Assembly (NCBI GenBank): GCA_030141605.1
Contig: JAQGDQ010000523.1
Location: forward strand, 122,464-154,127
Direction: 5' to 3'
Source of the DNA: Tubiluchus corallicola
Lineage: Eukaryota > Animalia > Priapulida
Length of the DNA stretch: 31,664 nt
How positions within the stretch are numbered: the first letter of the stretch is position 1; every line of letters begins with the position of its first letter. Below are positions 1 to 11,915 of this stretch, piece by piece. A program made the position numbers and the translations under genes. The notes below the pieces were generated by a model. That model ran no database searches. It was not told the origin of the DNA and saw nothing but the letters and a program-made list of their open reading frames with translations.

Positions 1-259
1 ATGTTTTTATTCAGGATACTAGGGTTTTTAGCTTGTGTTTTTATTCGGGATACCAGGGTTTTTAGCTTGTGTTTTTATTCAGGATATTAGGGTTTTTAGC
101 TTATGTTTTTATTCAGGATACTAGGGTTTTTAGCTTATGTTTTTATTCAGGATACTAGGGTTTTTAGCATATGTTTTTATTCAGGGTACTAGGGTTTTTA
201 GCTTGTGTTTTTATTCAGGATACTAGGGTTTTTAGCTTGTGTTTTTATTCAGGATACTA
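1..259. repeat. 34-bp minisatellite, about 7.6 copies, truncated by the window start
   Basis: Unit RTGTTTTTATTCAGGATACTAGGGTTTTTAGCTT starts at 1, 35, 69, 103, 137, 171, 205 and 239, with 0-2 substitutions per copy. Confidence 0.95.
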
Positions 260-1210
260 ACGTTTTGTATTTATGTCGGAAAACAGTCTTTACAGATTAA
301 TGTTCTTTGTATTACAAATCGACGTTAAATAAAGTAAACTGTAACTGCACGTTATTGTATGCTCGTAAAATAATAACACGCACCTACGTGTTGTATAATA
401 AAATTTGCATAGTAAACAATAACAACAGATTGCTTTTGCGATGTATTGCACTCGAACTTTGTGTTGAACAACTATGCTCCTTTATCTTAGCCTGTGCAAC
501 GACCAGCATAAGTCAGGCAATGGATTTAAGCAAATATCTACTTTTTAATAGGCATATGTAAGCATAATGTTTTTCGTATTCTCTATTCTTAATCTTTGTA
601 TTTGTAGATACAATAACCATGCACCTTTGTGTAGGTTTGTGCGTACCTCTCCTGTACTTTCATTTTGTATTTTACATTTATTACGTATAAGAAATAAATA
701 AAACAACTAACAAGTTGACTGTTGTAAATTTGTTGTGTAGGTATAAATTCTGTTTCATTGCATTTCATAAAAATTCTGATTTCTGTCTGTGACTTTTTAT
801 CGCCATGGTTTACGTACCCTGGTGCTAATATAAAAATCAGTGCCATTTATTTCGACACACAAGATATATAATGTAAATCTCAGTAAATACTGTAAACAGC
901 CAAAAAGGGTGCCCAAACAATAACTAAAACTATTTATCAATAGAATAAAGGCTATTTTCATCACCATCTCTATACATACATGATCCCTGTAATACGTGAA
1001 TGTTTTTAACATTGAATTCTTCTCTCATAATCAGCAGGTAACCTTTATTTTTTATTATTACACCCAAACAGGTTGAATTACACCACAATATTACGTGAAC
1101 CTCAAATTTATGATGCCCTAATTTCAGTGTATTAATATCAGTAACAAAGTTTCCAAGAGTATTTAAGAATGAACACAAAGGTCTGAATAAAGACTAACTT
1201 CTGAAGATAC

Positions 1211-1424
1211 TAACGCCGCGTTCAAACTAGCGAGTTTTCTCTTTGAGAGTGTGAACAGCAAGTGTTCACAGCCTTGCGAGTTCTGTCGGGAAGTTTTGCA
1301 AACTCTCCGAGAGTTGCTGAGAGTTCTTGCGATAGCAAGAGCGAGTTCACACTCAACAAAACTCGCGACAGCTCTCGTAAAACCGTTCACACTAGCGAAT
1401 TTACTCTCAGAGAAAACTCGCTGG
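1211..1424. mobile_element. Decayed palindromic MITE, PIF/Harbinger-like
   Basis: Starts TAA-CGCCGCGTTCAAACT, resembling Harbinger MITE ends. CTAGCGAGTTTTCTCTTTGAGAGT (~1227) is nearly the reverse complement of ACTCTCAGAGAAAACTCGCTGG (~1403-1424). GTTCACAC motifs recur inside. The right end is not intact. Confidence 0.45.
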
Positions 1425-2179
1425 CATTAGCTACTACACGTATTTATTTCGCTCCCTGATTTCATTCTTTCATTTGGATATTTTGATCATTTCGAATTAA
1501 TACATTGTTGTTAAGATGATATAAAATGTTTAACATGTGTTCGGGCGAGGTTTCTGTAAGGGTTGAGCTTTATGATTTCCTTGAGAAACAACCGTTACTA
1601 TTATAGTTTAGCAAACATTCCAACAGAAGAAACAGCAAATGTCAAATGGCTTATATAGGCGCCAACAACAACAAAAAGTACCTGTCCTGTAATTAGCGCC
1701 ATTGTCATCATGCAATCTCAGTTCTCATTTTTCTGAGCAAATTCATTTTACAGTTACTCTTCTTGTAAAAATGCAAAACTGTTGTTTGAAATTCTTTCCT
1801 AATTACAGGCAGCGAGTAATCATTTTTTCGTTTGCTCTGTGTATCATGACAGCGCTCACGAGGACTATAATTGACGTCGCTCTTAACATTTAAACAGTTT
1901 TGACAGGAGGAGCGTGAGCGGCATAACAGATTCGTCACAAGTGGAAATGAAATCATTAAGAATCTAATTAGGAGATGACGTACACTGACTGAGTAAATTT
2001 TATGCAGGTGAAATGCGATATCTGTAAATAAGAATGGCAAATTTATTAGACTTCATTTGTGATAACCACTACCGGTTACAGTTCACTTTTCGAACAGTCG
2101 TACTTTATTCCGTAAGCCCCATCTATGACGCTTACTGCTTTTATAAGCAAGTCCGAACAAAGCATGAATTGTGTGTTCA

Positions 2180-2740
2180 CTAAAAACAGATACAGAGTCT
2201 GTACCAAGTGCAGCCTGTCTTTACACTACAATACAGGCACAAAGTCCTTACCAAGTGTGACTTATGTACACTGTAAAATTGTATATGTAAAACAGCTGCT
2301 GAGTACGTGTATTCACTGCAAAGTTCTTTCCAAGTGTGGTACAAAACAGGTCCGAATCAATGTCAAGCGTGAGTTATGTTTACGCTACAAATTATGTACC
2401 AAGTCTTTACCGAACGTGGCTTATGTGCACTGTAAATTGTAAAACAGGTGCTGAGTCCCTACCAAGTGTGGTTCGTCCATACAATACAAAACAGGCTCTG
2501 AGCCCTTACCATGTGTGGCTTGTGTCCACTATTCAAAATGTTCGTACGAAGTGTGGCTTGTGTGCATATACACTACAAAATAGGTATCAGGTCTATACAG
2601 AGTATGGTTCGTACATATAGTATCATATGGTATGCATGTATATGTATAAACTGCGGTACAGAGGCTGGTGTGCAAATGCACACTGCAAAATAGGTTCCAA
2701 TACAATGCCTAGAATATTTGTACATACAGTGCAAAATACC
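2180..2740. repeat. Degenerate minisatellite, period about 45-50 bp
   Basis: Recurring ACAAAACAGG...GAGTC..TACCAAGTGTGGCTTATGT.CAC-like units; these explain the repetitive ORFs at 2125-2693. Confidence 0.7.
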
Positions 2741-2867
2741 CAGCAAGTTCGTAAAATGTTTGCTGCACTTCTACTGTAAATTGATAACAAAACTCTTCTT
2801 AGCCTTTTTAATGCATGCACTGCAAGAAAAGTTTCCACTGCAAAGTGTTTTAATTTTTGTTTCTTAC

Positions 2868-3008
2868 CGACAGCAGTGCAGGCATCTTGTGCTTCATCTT
2901 CGCCATTTAGACAATCCTTGAACATATCACAAACCTGATTGCGCAAGATACAAACTCCGTTGCTGCACTCAAACTCCGTGCTCTTGCACGTTCCATTCTG
3001 TGTTAAAT
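2868..3008 (-). CDS. ALK: Coding exon: LDL-receptor class A domain of a probable ALK/LTK-family receptor
   Basis: Encodes (D)LTQNGTCKSTEFECSNGVCILRNQVCDMFKDCLNGEDEAQDACTAV, with six Cys and the DCxxGxDE motif. Acceptor TTGCAG (AG at 3010-3009) and donor GTAAG (2867-2863); 141 nt, phase 1/1. The domain call is strong; the gene symbol is an inference. Confidence 0.85.
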
Positions 3009-3756
3009 CTGCAACATAACAAAACGTTGAACGCTGTTCCATATTAGCAAGTAAGTGAAACGTGATTAAGAAAGAGGCACGATAGACACAACGATACAAA
3101 ATGCGTATTTTTGCTTAGTAGATTTGTATGATATAAGTCATACAATAAATTCTATGAAACAATAGGCGTTATATAACAAAACATAAACTGCTTTAGTATT
3201 ATATGATTGTATACGTTACCGCACTGTACAGTACGGAATGATACGATACAATATAATGTAAAGTGATACGCCTACGAAACATTACGGAAATAATACACAA
3301 TGTTACATTAATATCACACTGTGTGACAAGCTACTTTTATTTGAATATGGTAATACGTATGACATAACACACGAATATGTATGAATGCTATATCACGCCA
3401 TGTCATATCACTATTCCCTGTCACGTCATGTTATGTGATGTAGTGCAAAGTGATCATTATCGTAATATGGAAAAGTTACGGGTAAGATTTTGCTTGGCTT
3501 GGTCTGGTATAAGTGGAATGACACAACCACTGCAGGGTGCTATACAACAAGACGCAATAAAACAAGACAGAACATATCCTGAACAAAGAAGCAGATTAAG
3601 GCAGAAAAGAACAGGACAAGATCAGGGACAGAGACGGGACGTGTAAGGGTAGCTGGACATCCCTTGTCGAATTTTATTGAAAATAAAAATGTATTATGGC
3701 AAAATTTATGATAAAAACTTAGCAACTAGCAAATTTATGTTTTGCGTTGTTCATAC

Positions 3757-3890
3757 CTAGAAAACAGTTGCGAAGTTCAATACCATCAACGGCGATCCTA
3801 GCGGCATCTCCATCTTCAGTAAAAGCTTCAAGAATGATATGATACGGTTCGTTGATTTGACCGAGAGTAACTACGACATCTTGCCACCCG
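3757..3890 (-). CDS. ALK: Coding exon: C-terminal part of a MAM domain
   Basis: Encodes GWQDVVVTLGQINEPYHIILEAFTEDGDAARIAVDGIELRNCFL (MAM W...IAVDxI..C). Acceptor TTTTTTACAG and donor GTATG; 134 nt, phase 2/1. Its final G joins AT of the next exon to make Asp. Confidence 0.85.
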
Positions 3891-4926
3891 CTGTAAAAAA
3901 TCATGTATTATAATAAAACACGATTAATAAAACATTAATAAGATTGAAGAACAAAGAGCAGTGTGCTCCATGTTGATTGACTTGCAAACACCATGCTGAG
4001 CGATTTGATTTTCTTAATGTGGACGGAGCTGCGTTGAGCCGCGGAGCAAATAGCGATGCACTCTTCGATTTGGCTCAACAACTTATTCATTATATTCCTA
4101 ACTTGACAATTTTGTTTTCTTGTTATTTAAAATTTATTTCGTACATTAAAAAATACGTAGCATTGTAGAAAATTTAACACTCGGCTAAACAGTTCATGTA
4201 AAATTATGGGTAGAATCTAGTTAAAATATTTATATACATACACACTCAGCCACAATAGACAAGATAAGTCATTAAAATATACAATACATGTAAGTCTACA
4301 ACATAATAAAAGTTTGCTAAAATATAATTAATTTTACGTTTAAATATATAATCAAGAAGGCTTGCTTAGAAGGATCGTAAAAAGATTATAATACAAAACA
4401 ATATTAAATACTTTTGTAACACATTTTTGTCAAACGTGAAATTAAAGTACAAGAACAATTTCAAAATATAACAAATACAATTATGCAAGAATGTAATTAT
4501 GCTGTTATGCAGATGACGCTTTAGGAAAGTTTTTGGTTTGTCAGGGTATCTTTAGTAAGTATCTTTATTTAATCACATTTTTACAAGAAAAAGCAGAGCA
4601 TGAAACGATAATATGATAATATGATACAAAGTGACAAAACTATTAAATGAATAAATTATCTGAGTTAGTGATATTCAAGTGATTGGTGAAAGGATGGCGA
4701 AAAAAACTAAAAGTTACCAAAGTCAATCACCCTGAATGAATTCAAGAAAGTGAATTCAACATTTGCACTTGCATCATTTTTTCTCTTTTTCCTTGGAAGT
4801 TCTCCCAATACTGTCATACTTATGGTTGCGTTGTTTAACAGATTATAATCAACCACAAAAGAGCCTGTAATGGCTGTGGTTTTCTTGAAATTTAGTGAGT
4901 AAAATAAAATTACTGAGAATGAGAAC

Positions 4927-5140
4927 ATTAGATTAGGTTAGATTAGATTAGATTAGAAGATAATTTGAGATCTAATCTCGCATTTTGGTAACAATTGCCG
5001 TAACACATTAGTAAACATAGCGTCATGGTGAACTTCTTTGTCATTATTAATGTTACGACTATGAATTCTGCACGTTCCAGCATTTGAACCTGGATTTTTC
5101 TGTCCAAGTACCAAAGTTTATTGAATAAGCTGTTTTGTTG
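4927..5140 (-). mobile_element. Possible decayed tRNA-derived SINE with a (CTAAT)n tail
   Basis: The minus strand has B-box-like GGTTCAAATGC (~5080-5090) and ends in (CTAAT)n, seen as (ATTAG)n at 4927-4956. The A box is unclear and no TSD was found. Confidence 0.3.
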
Positions 5141-6019
5141 CTGAGCGAATGACAGCTGCTACAGCACAAACATTTATTGCCATTTTTTGGACTAATTAGC
5201 GTAGTAAAAGATTGTTAATTAGTCAATAAATTACCCAGCATAAAACACGGCGCCAGGCTATGCTCGCGACGTAAAAGATTTCTTCTTTACAAACAACGAC
5301 CATGTTGAAGTACGAAGTGAGCAGCACACTAAGCGATACGCAACGGCAGCTTTCATGCTGTTCACACCGTGATGCGGTAGGCAACAGCGAGATATGGTCT
5401 TCACATTGCAATGGCAGTTTAATTAGTCTGACGAAAGGAATAGCTCGATAAGTAACTGGATAGATGACCACCAGTAAAACTGCCGCTAAGCATTATTTAC
5501 CCGCATTGAGAGAGGACATGCGTGAATCATATGTAGCCAGGACACCTCTGCCAGTTCAGTGGTTAATCAATAGCGGATTAACCTTGCTAACAAGATTCCG
5601 GTCTAGTCACAAGTGTTTACATTAAGCGCACTCTACCGTAGAGTAATAATACTCAATTAGTAGCTGTCATCTACTTGAAAATTATGACGTAACTGTTGGA
5701 CTTCGTGGTTTTCGTAAATGCATCGTGGCTTTCCACAAGCGCGCGCTACTTAAACTAATCCAGACTTCTGCAGCTTACCTAATGTTCATACAAAAATAAG
5801 CCAATTTTTTGCAAAAACTTGGCATACTTTTGATGGAAATTGACAGTGCCTTGCTTTTCTTCAGCCAATGAACGAATGGGCGTTGAAAATGATAGCGCCC
5901 AAGCGTGAAATGACATTGCTAGATTTAGAATTTATTGCTAGATTTAAAGTGATTTTACTTTTAAAGTGATTAGATAGCGACTTTAAAGTGATTTTACTAA
6001 TTACAGGATGTTCTTTTAT

Positions 6020-6890
6020 TTCGAAGTCCTATTATTTTTCGTTCTATTATCTTCCCAGAAGGATTGGTCTTTTCTTTACCCAACCATGTGGCAAAGTGTT
6101 GACTCCACTTTTTTGCAAAATATACTGCCATCTCATCTAAATTATGCTAAATAGAAATTTTGATCTAGACAAATTCAAGTCAAGTTGGCACAAAGCCATG
6201 CAAAGTCTACCAAATACAGTCATCTGGTAAACAGCAACAAGGATTGATCAGGAAGGTTATGGGAATGACTGGATTACCCACTTCACTTTCGCTGCAAGCC
6301 AATGTATGAAAATACAGTTTCGCTATGCTAACTCTCCACTGGATTATTACAAATGAATAAACAAGAATATAAAAATTGATCACATCTTTTGTGCAATAAA
6401 ATGCATGAATAATTCCTTGACGAGGGATTCATCAATCATAAATCTTGATGATTGTCGTTCCATTAAATTTTCCCATGAGTCTTTGTTTGGAGTTCCCAAC
6501 CTTGTTGCATTGATTAACATTGAAAATTGATTAGGAAGGTTTCACACTTTATACCACCTAACCAATTGTAGCAAATAGTGATGGAAATTATTCAAATGCA
6601 ATCGGCACCTTTGCACAGAGAACGTCGAAAATTCACCCACTCCACCTCCAGTCCAATCAGCCTCATCTGTCACAAATACTTTTCTGACGACGGTCAATTT
6701 AGTCAAAATCAGCGGCAATTTTTACAAAAGGAAGCTGTTGCCTCCTCACACTTAGATTTTGATTCCGTAAGTGAAATAAAGCAAGTCGTTTTCCAGCTTG
6801 TTTGGTTATTTGAAGTAGATTACTGATGCTGACCCGACGCCCACACAAGGAAGCGTTAATCTTGAGCACAAAAATTACGAAAGTCACACG
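6020..6890 (-). pseudogene. Decayed LINE endonuclease/linker remnant
   Basis: Broken minus-strand frames give KIAADFD (cf. APE motif IAGDFN), LINATRLG (cf. PTR motif) and a WKII-like segment, in the expected order. Confidence 0.4.
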
Positions 6891-6922
6891 ATTCTCTAAA
6901 GTTATATTTGGAAAAAATCTCG

Positions 6923-7098
6923 AAAGTGCGACTTGATTCTTGAGTGTGCATCGTGAACCTGACGACTTTGGTAGGATTTCATTCTTTCACTCTTAGAATC
7001 GCCAATTAGTTTTATCTTCATAAAAAGACTAGCCAAAAAGAAATAAAAGCAGGGAGTCTTTTCCTTGAATTCACGTGTTTGTTCCTTTTCTTAGCTTT

Positions 7099-7153
<55 letters not shown>
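6923..7153 (+). repeat. Dispersed repeat ending in a (TC)n tract, copy 1
   Basis: 6923-7098 aligns to the reverse complement of ~16515-16670 (AAAGTGCGACTTGATTCTT...GCAGGGAGTCTTTTTCCTT...CCTTTTCTTAGC). (TC)n runs 7099-7153. Confidence 0.85.
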
Positions 7154-7154
<1 letters not shown>

Positions 7155-7344
7155 AAAATCAAATAATATTTTTGGAGATTGATTAATACTAGTGTGAATA
7201 TTAGCGAAAACCATATTTGTGAAAATATTGTTAACATACGTTGGGCCAAGAACTTGTATGACAGGTTGGTCTTGGAAATTTAAAGCATTATTGACTGGTA
7301 ATCACCTACGTATTGTCATGACAATTGGGTGATTAAGCAGCACT

Positions 7345-8703
7345 ATGGCTCCATCCACGTGTCAATTATGCAGGAGGAAATACCCAGATGCTATACCACG
7401 TACAGAGTTTGGGCAGCTTACTATCTGCACAAAGTGCTGTACGTCCAGGAAAGCAGCTCTAGACGATAGTGACTCTATACATGAACTATCTTTATCCCAG
7501 GGAGGATCGGTCAATTGGCACGGAACTCCTAACATCAGATCCTGTCAAATTAATGCCGAGAAGCTGGTGCTCATACACAGCGAATTAAATTATTTTGCCC
7601 AAAATCAGCTTGAAGCTGGTGCGACTTATTTAGATCTTGCAACTATCATCCATGACCATTACACTGATGAAGAATGTGAAGATGCAAAAGCATTACTCTT
7701 AGACTTTATTCCTGCAGAAGCCACCGAAAAGCCTGACTTCACTAAAAACAGGATCGGTCCCACGAAGAGAAGGGCAAATGCAATGGATATTCTTAAGCTT
7801 TTGCAATATGGGCCAATTATGGACGCAGGACCGTCGCCTAGGTTTGTGTCAGCATACTCCCATAAAATGCCACCAATGACGCTGAAATCAGTTGATACAT
7901 CTGTCATTGTTAAGAAATTGCAAACGGTTCAACAGGAACTCCAAGAACTGAAAGAAAACTCAGTTTCTAGGGCTGAGCTTGATGCTCTGCTAAAAGCACA
8001 TCTGTCTCCCGTGTCTTCAAAAACAGACTCCTCACAAAAGAAAAGTTACTCTGAAACAACCAGAAGCTGCCTAGTGAACACTGAACTTACAAACGTGAGC
8101 AAGCAGCAAACGAGCGACAAGATTGTTGATGACGACAATGACGGATTCACGATTGTGAAAAAACGGCGGCGCCCACGTAATGTGAATAATAGAGAATCGA
8201 AGAAAGTCATCACAGGATCTGCTACTGGCCTTGGAGTATCCCTAAGACCGAGCAAACCACTACGACGAATATTCATTACCCGTCTAGATCCTAGTACCGA
8301 CGCAACGGAGGTTCAGCGTTTCGTAGATGAATCGTGCAACATTACAGTTAGTGTGGAACAACTTAAGACAAAATTTAATACATACTCCTCATTTGTTATA
8401 AGCTGTCATGGTACGGACGAGTATGATAAAATTATGAACGCAGAGTTATGGCCAGTTGGCACGCTGATGAAGCCATTCTATACTTCTAGAGCTGCAAAAG
8501 TGACTGTGAATCAGCCTTTAATGCAGAAAGCAAAGGCATTATCAAACGACGGCTATAGACCAGTAGGTAATAGTGAAGCAGGGAATGATACACTTAATCA
8601 GCAAACGGAATGTGGCGGCGCCACCAGCAGCACCACTAATCATACTAATAATAATGAACTGCAACCAAACACAAACACAGACTCTGAAGGTAGCGAGCTA
8701 TAA
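7345..8703 (+). CDS. LINE ORF1 protein (452 aa)
   Basis: Intact ORF with an N-terminal CxxC..CxxC pair and a helical ELNYF...HYTDEECEDAKALL...DILKLL region. A coiled coil (KKLQTVQQELQELKE), a basic KKRRRPR patch and an RRM-like IFITRLDP...YSSFVI...WPVG segment follow. Confidence 0.88.
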   Translation: MAPSTCQLCRRKYPDAIPRTEFGQLTICTKCCTSRKAALDDSDSIHELSLSQGGSVNWHGTPNIRSCQINAEKLVLIHSELNYFAQNQLEAGATYLDLATIIHDHYTDEECEDAKALLLDFIPAEATEKPDFTKNRIGPTKRRANAMDILKLLQYGPIMDAGPSPRFVSAYSHKMPPMTLKSVDTSVIVKKLQTVQQELQELKENSVSRAELDALLKAHLSPVSSKTDSSQKKSYSETTRSCLVNTELTNVSKQQTSDKIVDDDNDGFTIVKKRRRPRNVNNRESKKVITGSATGLGVSLRPSKPLRRIFITRLDPSTDATEVQRFVDESCNITVSVEQLKTKFNTYSSFVISCHGTDEYDKIMNAELWPVGTLMKPFYTSRAAKVTVNQPLMQKAKALSNDGYRPVGNSEAGNDTLNQQTECGGATSSTTNHTNNNELQPNTNTDSEGSEL

Positions 8704-11576
8704 CTGCAATTCAGTGTTGCACCCTGAGTCTCAATACGTACTACAGGAACTGTGCAAATCTAGTGATGTGCTACTTTTGCAAGAAACGATGTTGCCTAAA
8801 CAAGAGCTAGAACACCTATCTTGCATTCACCCAGAATTCTATGGACATGGAGTTTCACCAACCGATTTCTCTACAGGAATACCAGATGGTAGACCACAAG
8901 GAGGCTTGGCTATCTTATGGCGAAAAACTCTTCCTGTTACCAGTAAAATACTTACCTATGATGACGAATGCAGAGTAATGGGTATTTCTCTTTCATTTCC
9001 TGATAAGTTAATGCCACTTGTATTAATTAATGTTTACTTTCCCTATGAAGCTGATAATAATTTTGATGAATTTAGGCATTGAAAAGGCATTCTCACCTCT
9101 ATTATTGAAACTACAGAGTCTAGCTATGTTTGTTGTGTCGGGGATTTCAATTCCCATCCTCAAAAAAGATTTTACGCGGAGCTATGGGAAACGTGTAATG
9201 CTAATGACTATATTATATCTGATGTAGTGAAAATGCCAAGTTCTTCATTTACGTTCGTTAGTGTAGCCCACAACTCAACTACATGGCTTGACCATGTAAT
9301 TAGTACTATGACTATGGACTCTTTAATTGGAGATATCTGTGTAAATTATGAGCTAACAAGTTCAGATCACATGCCCTTACTACTAAACGTGCATATAGAT
9401 CGAATGGCTTTATCACCTAATGGTGCGGCTACAGTCACTGTAAATGACGTTTTGAATGGCCAAGTGTCGTGTGATTCGGACACACCTTGTAAACCAATAG
9501 TGCCTTTTTTATGGTTGACTGGGAGAAAGCTGAAAGTAATCATCTCCTCGAATACCAAACAATGACACAGTCTTTGCTATCTGGAATCGTTGTCCCGTAC
9601 GAAGCAATTTATTGTGATGACATTCACTGTCAGAACCCCAATCATAGACAACAACTTGCTTTGATGCATGACGCAATTATATCTGTGCTAAATTTTGCGG
9701 CTCAGAATACGCTGCCTAGTTATAAGCGGTCACAAAGTCATGAACGTATAAAGGATAAAATAATACCTGGCTGGAACGAATTCGTTTCTGAAAAACACAG
9801 GCACTTTCGTCACTGTTTTTTAAATTGGTGTGCGAATGGCAAGCCTCGGAATGGGCTCATCGCTGATGAAATGCGCCAGGCACGTTCACGTTTTAAGCTT
9901 GCATTACGTGAATGCAAGATCCAAGAGAAAACAATTGTCGCAGATAAAATTGCTCATAAATTTATGAACTGTAATTCTTATGAATTTTGGGCCATGATAA
10001 AAAGGGAAACTAACTCAAGAATTCCTCTACCCCCTAAAATAGACGAAATTTCAGGCGATAAGGCTATATGTGATATGTGGGGGAAGCACTATAAAAAGAT
10101 TTTAAATTCTGCAAATAACGGTGACCTTGCAGCAAAATTAGACTTGAAGTTAAGTAGTAATATGGGTATTGTGAGTTCTTTCACTGTGAGAGAAGTGCAA
10201 GAGGCCATTTCAAAACTATCTCTGCACAAATCGGCTGGAAATGATGCAATTAAATCGGAGCATTTTAGGTATGCTTCACATATGCTGCCAATAGTATTAT
10301 CACTTTTATTTTGCGCTTGTGTGATACATTGTTTTTTGCCTGATTCTCTAATGCTGTCTGTCATTGTACCGATTGTGAAAGACAAAAATAAGGAAATCAC
10401 AGCCAAAAATAATTATAGGCCAATAGCACTATCCACAGTGTTGAGCAAATTATTAGAAATTTTGTTTTTAAGCAGATACGGTAACTCAATTCAATCAACA
10501 CCAAATCAGTTTGGTTACGTGGATGAATTGGGTACAGAAATGTGTTTGTACACCATGAAAGAAGTTATTGACTATTACATTCAACGCCAGAGTCCAGTAC
10601 ACATATTGTTCTTAGATGCATCTAAAGCTTTTGACCAGGTAAATTACTACAAAATGTTTCTAAAACTGGTCGATACTGATATGCCTAACATTATTATAAG
10701 ATTATTAGCCTTTTACTACTCTCGACAAACCATGTTTGTGAGGTGGGGAAATTTTTGCTCTTGCACATTTAAAGTCGCAAATGGTGTTCGGCAGGGTGCA
10801 AAAATGTCACCCATACTATTTAATTTATATTTCAGAGACTTGAGTTCTGACCTCACATCTACCGGTCTAGGTTGTCAGATAGGTGGTACTTATATAAATC
10901 ACCTTATGTTTGCTGATGATGGATGTTTACTAGCATCCACTACCACTGCTTTACAAACTTTAATTGATATGTATGTTGATTACGCAAATAGTCATGACAT
11001 AGTAATAAACGTCGATAAGACTAAACTCATAACAATTACACCCCCCAGTATGTGTGGGTTCAATTTCAGTTCACCTGAGGTAGCCGGTAAAATAATTATA
11101 CCGTGTGAAACAGAAAAGTATCTTGGCCATATCATCACCAGTGATAACAAAGACGACATGGATGTTATCAGACAACGAAGTCTGTTTTGTGCTAGAGCGA
11201 ACCGTATTCTTAGAAAATTTCATCATTGTTCACCTAATGTCAAAACTCATCTGTTCAACTCTTATTGTAATTCTTTCTACGGTATGGCCACCTGGCGACA
11301 TTTTTATAACTACAGTCTCAGCAAACTTAAAGTAGCTCACAATGTTTCAAAACGAAAACTTTTCAACTACCCATATGATTATAGTTCTAGGACCATTTCA
11401 GTAGACCACGACGTTTTATACTTTGATGTAATACATAGGAAAACTGCATACAGTCTATACATTAGAGTAATGCAAAGCTCAAATCTTCTCATAAACGCAT
11501 TGAATAACAGTGAAGCATTTTACACTTCAGACATAAGAGACCAGTGGAGGAAAGTGTGTCAGGCTGGGAGTATGAT

Positions 11577-11630
<54 letters not shown>

Positions 11631-11754
11631 TTGTACTGTTATTTTTTTTGTTTATTTATGTATTAATTTGCATGTGTTAAGAGGAGGTGTTATAAGTATT
11701 GTATGTCGTGTAATTATTGTTTGTTATGTGTTCTATGAACTTGGTTCGAAATAA
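8654..11754 (+). pseudogene. LINE ORF2 (APE endonuclease + reverse transcriptase), disrupted
   Basis: APE motifs SYNCNS, LLQET, GGLAILWR, GDFN, LDH and SDH; RT motifs NYRPIAL, QFGY, FLDASKAFD, GVRQG, FADD and KYLG. Disruptions: in-frame TGA at 9080-9082 and a -1 frame change near the T6 run at 9505-9510. ATG 8654 overlaps the end of ORF1 by 50 nt. Confidence 0.92.
11581..11628. repeat. (TA)24 microsatellite at the end of LINE ORF2
   Basis: Perfect dinucleotide array, followed by G. Confidence 0.95.
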
Positions 11755-11773
11755 AGAGTTAAATCAAAAAAAA

Positions 11774-11779
11774 TCTCTC

Positions 11780-11823
<44 letters not shown>

Positions 11824-11862
11824 TCTCCCTCTCTCTCTCTCCCTCCTCTCTCTCTCAGTCTC

Positions 11863-11915
<53 letters not shown>
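11774..11915. repeat. (TC)n/(TCCC) microsatellite, right flank of the LINE
   Basis: Read directly from the sequence; it is the partner of the 7099-7153 tract. Confidence 0.95.

Larger units (their letters stand above)
7154..11773 (+). mobile_element. Near-full-length two-ORF non-LTR retrotransposon (LINE), probably RTE group (Proto2/RTE-X-like)
   Basis: ~190-nt 5' UTR, ORF1, APE+RT ORF2, AATAAA at 11750-11755 and A8 at 11766-11773, with (TC)n on both sides. The clade guess rests on the recalled linker motif IPGWNE...W...GKPRNG...M...RSRFK.ALR.CK. It lies antisense to the host gene. Confidence 0.92.

Noticed and set aside
1-259. Telomeric repeat or CRISPR
   Set aside because: TAGGGTT is only part of a 34-bp unit; there are no spacers and no hexamer array.
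2623-3099. 158-aa ORF as a standalone gene
   Set aside because: Only 2868-3008 is domain-like and bounded by splice sites; the rest is intron read-through.
9080-9082. Selenocysteine or readthrough TGA in ORF2
   Set aside because: No SECIS or readthrough context is evident; a point mutation in an inactive copy is simpler.
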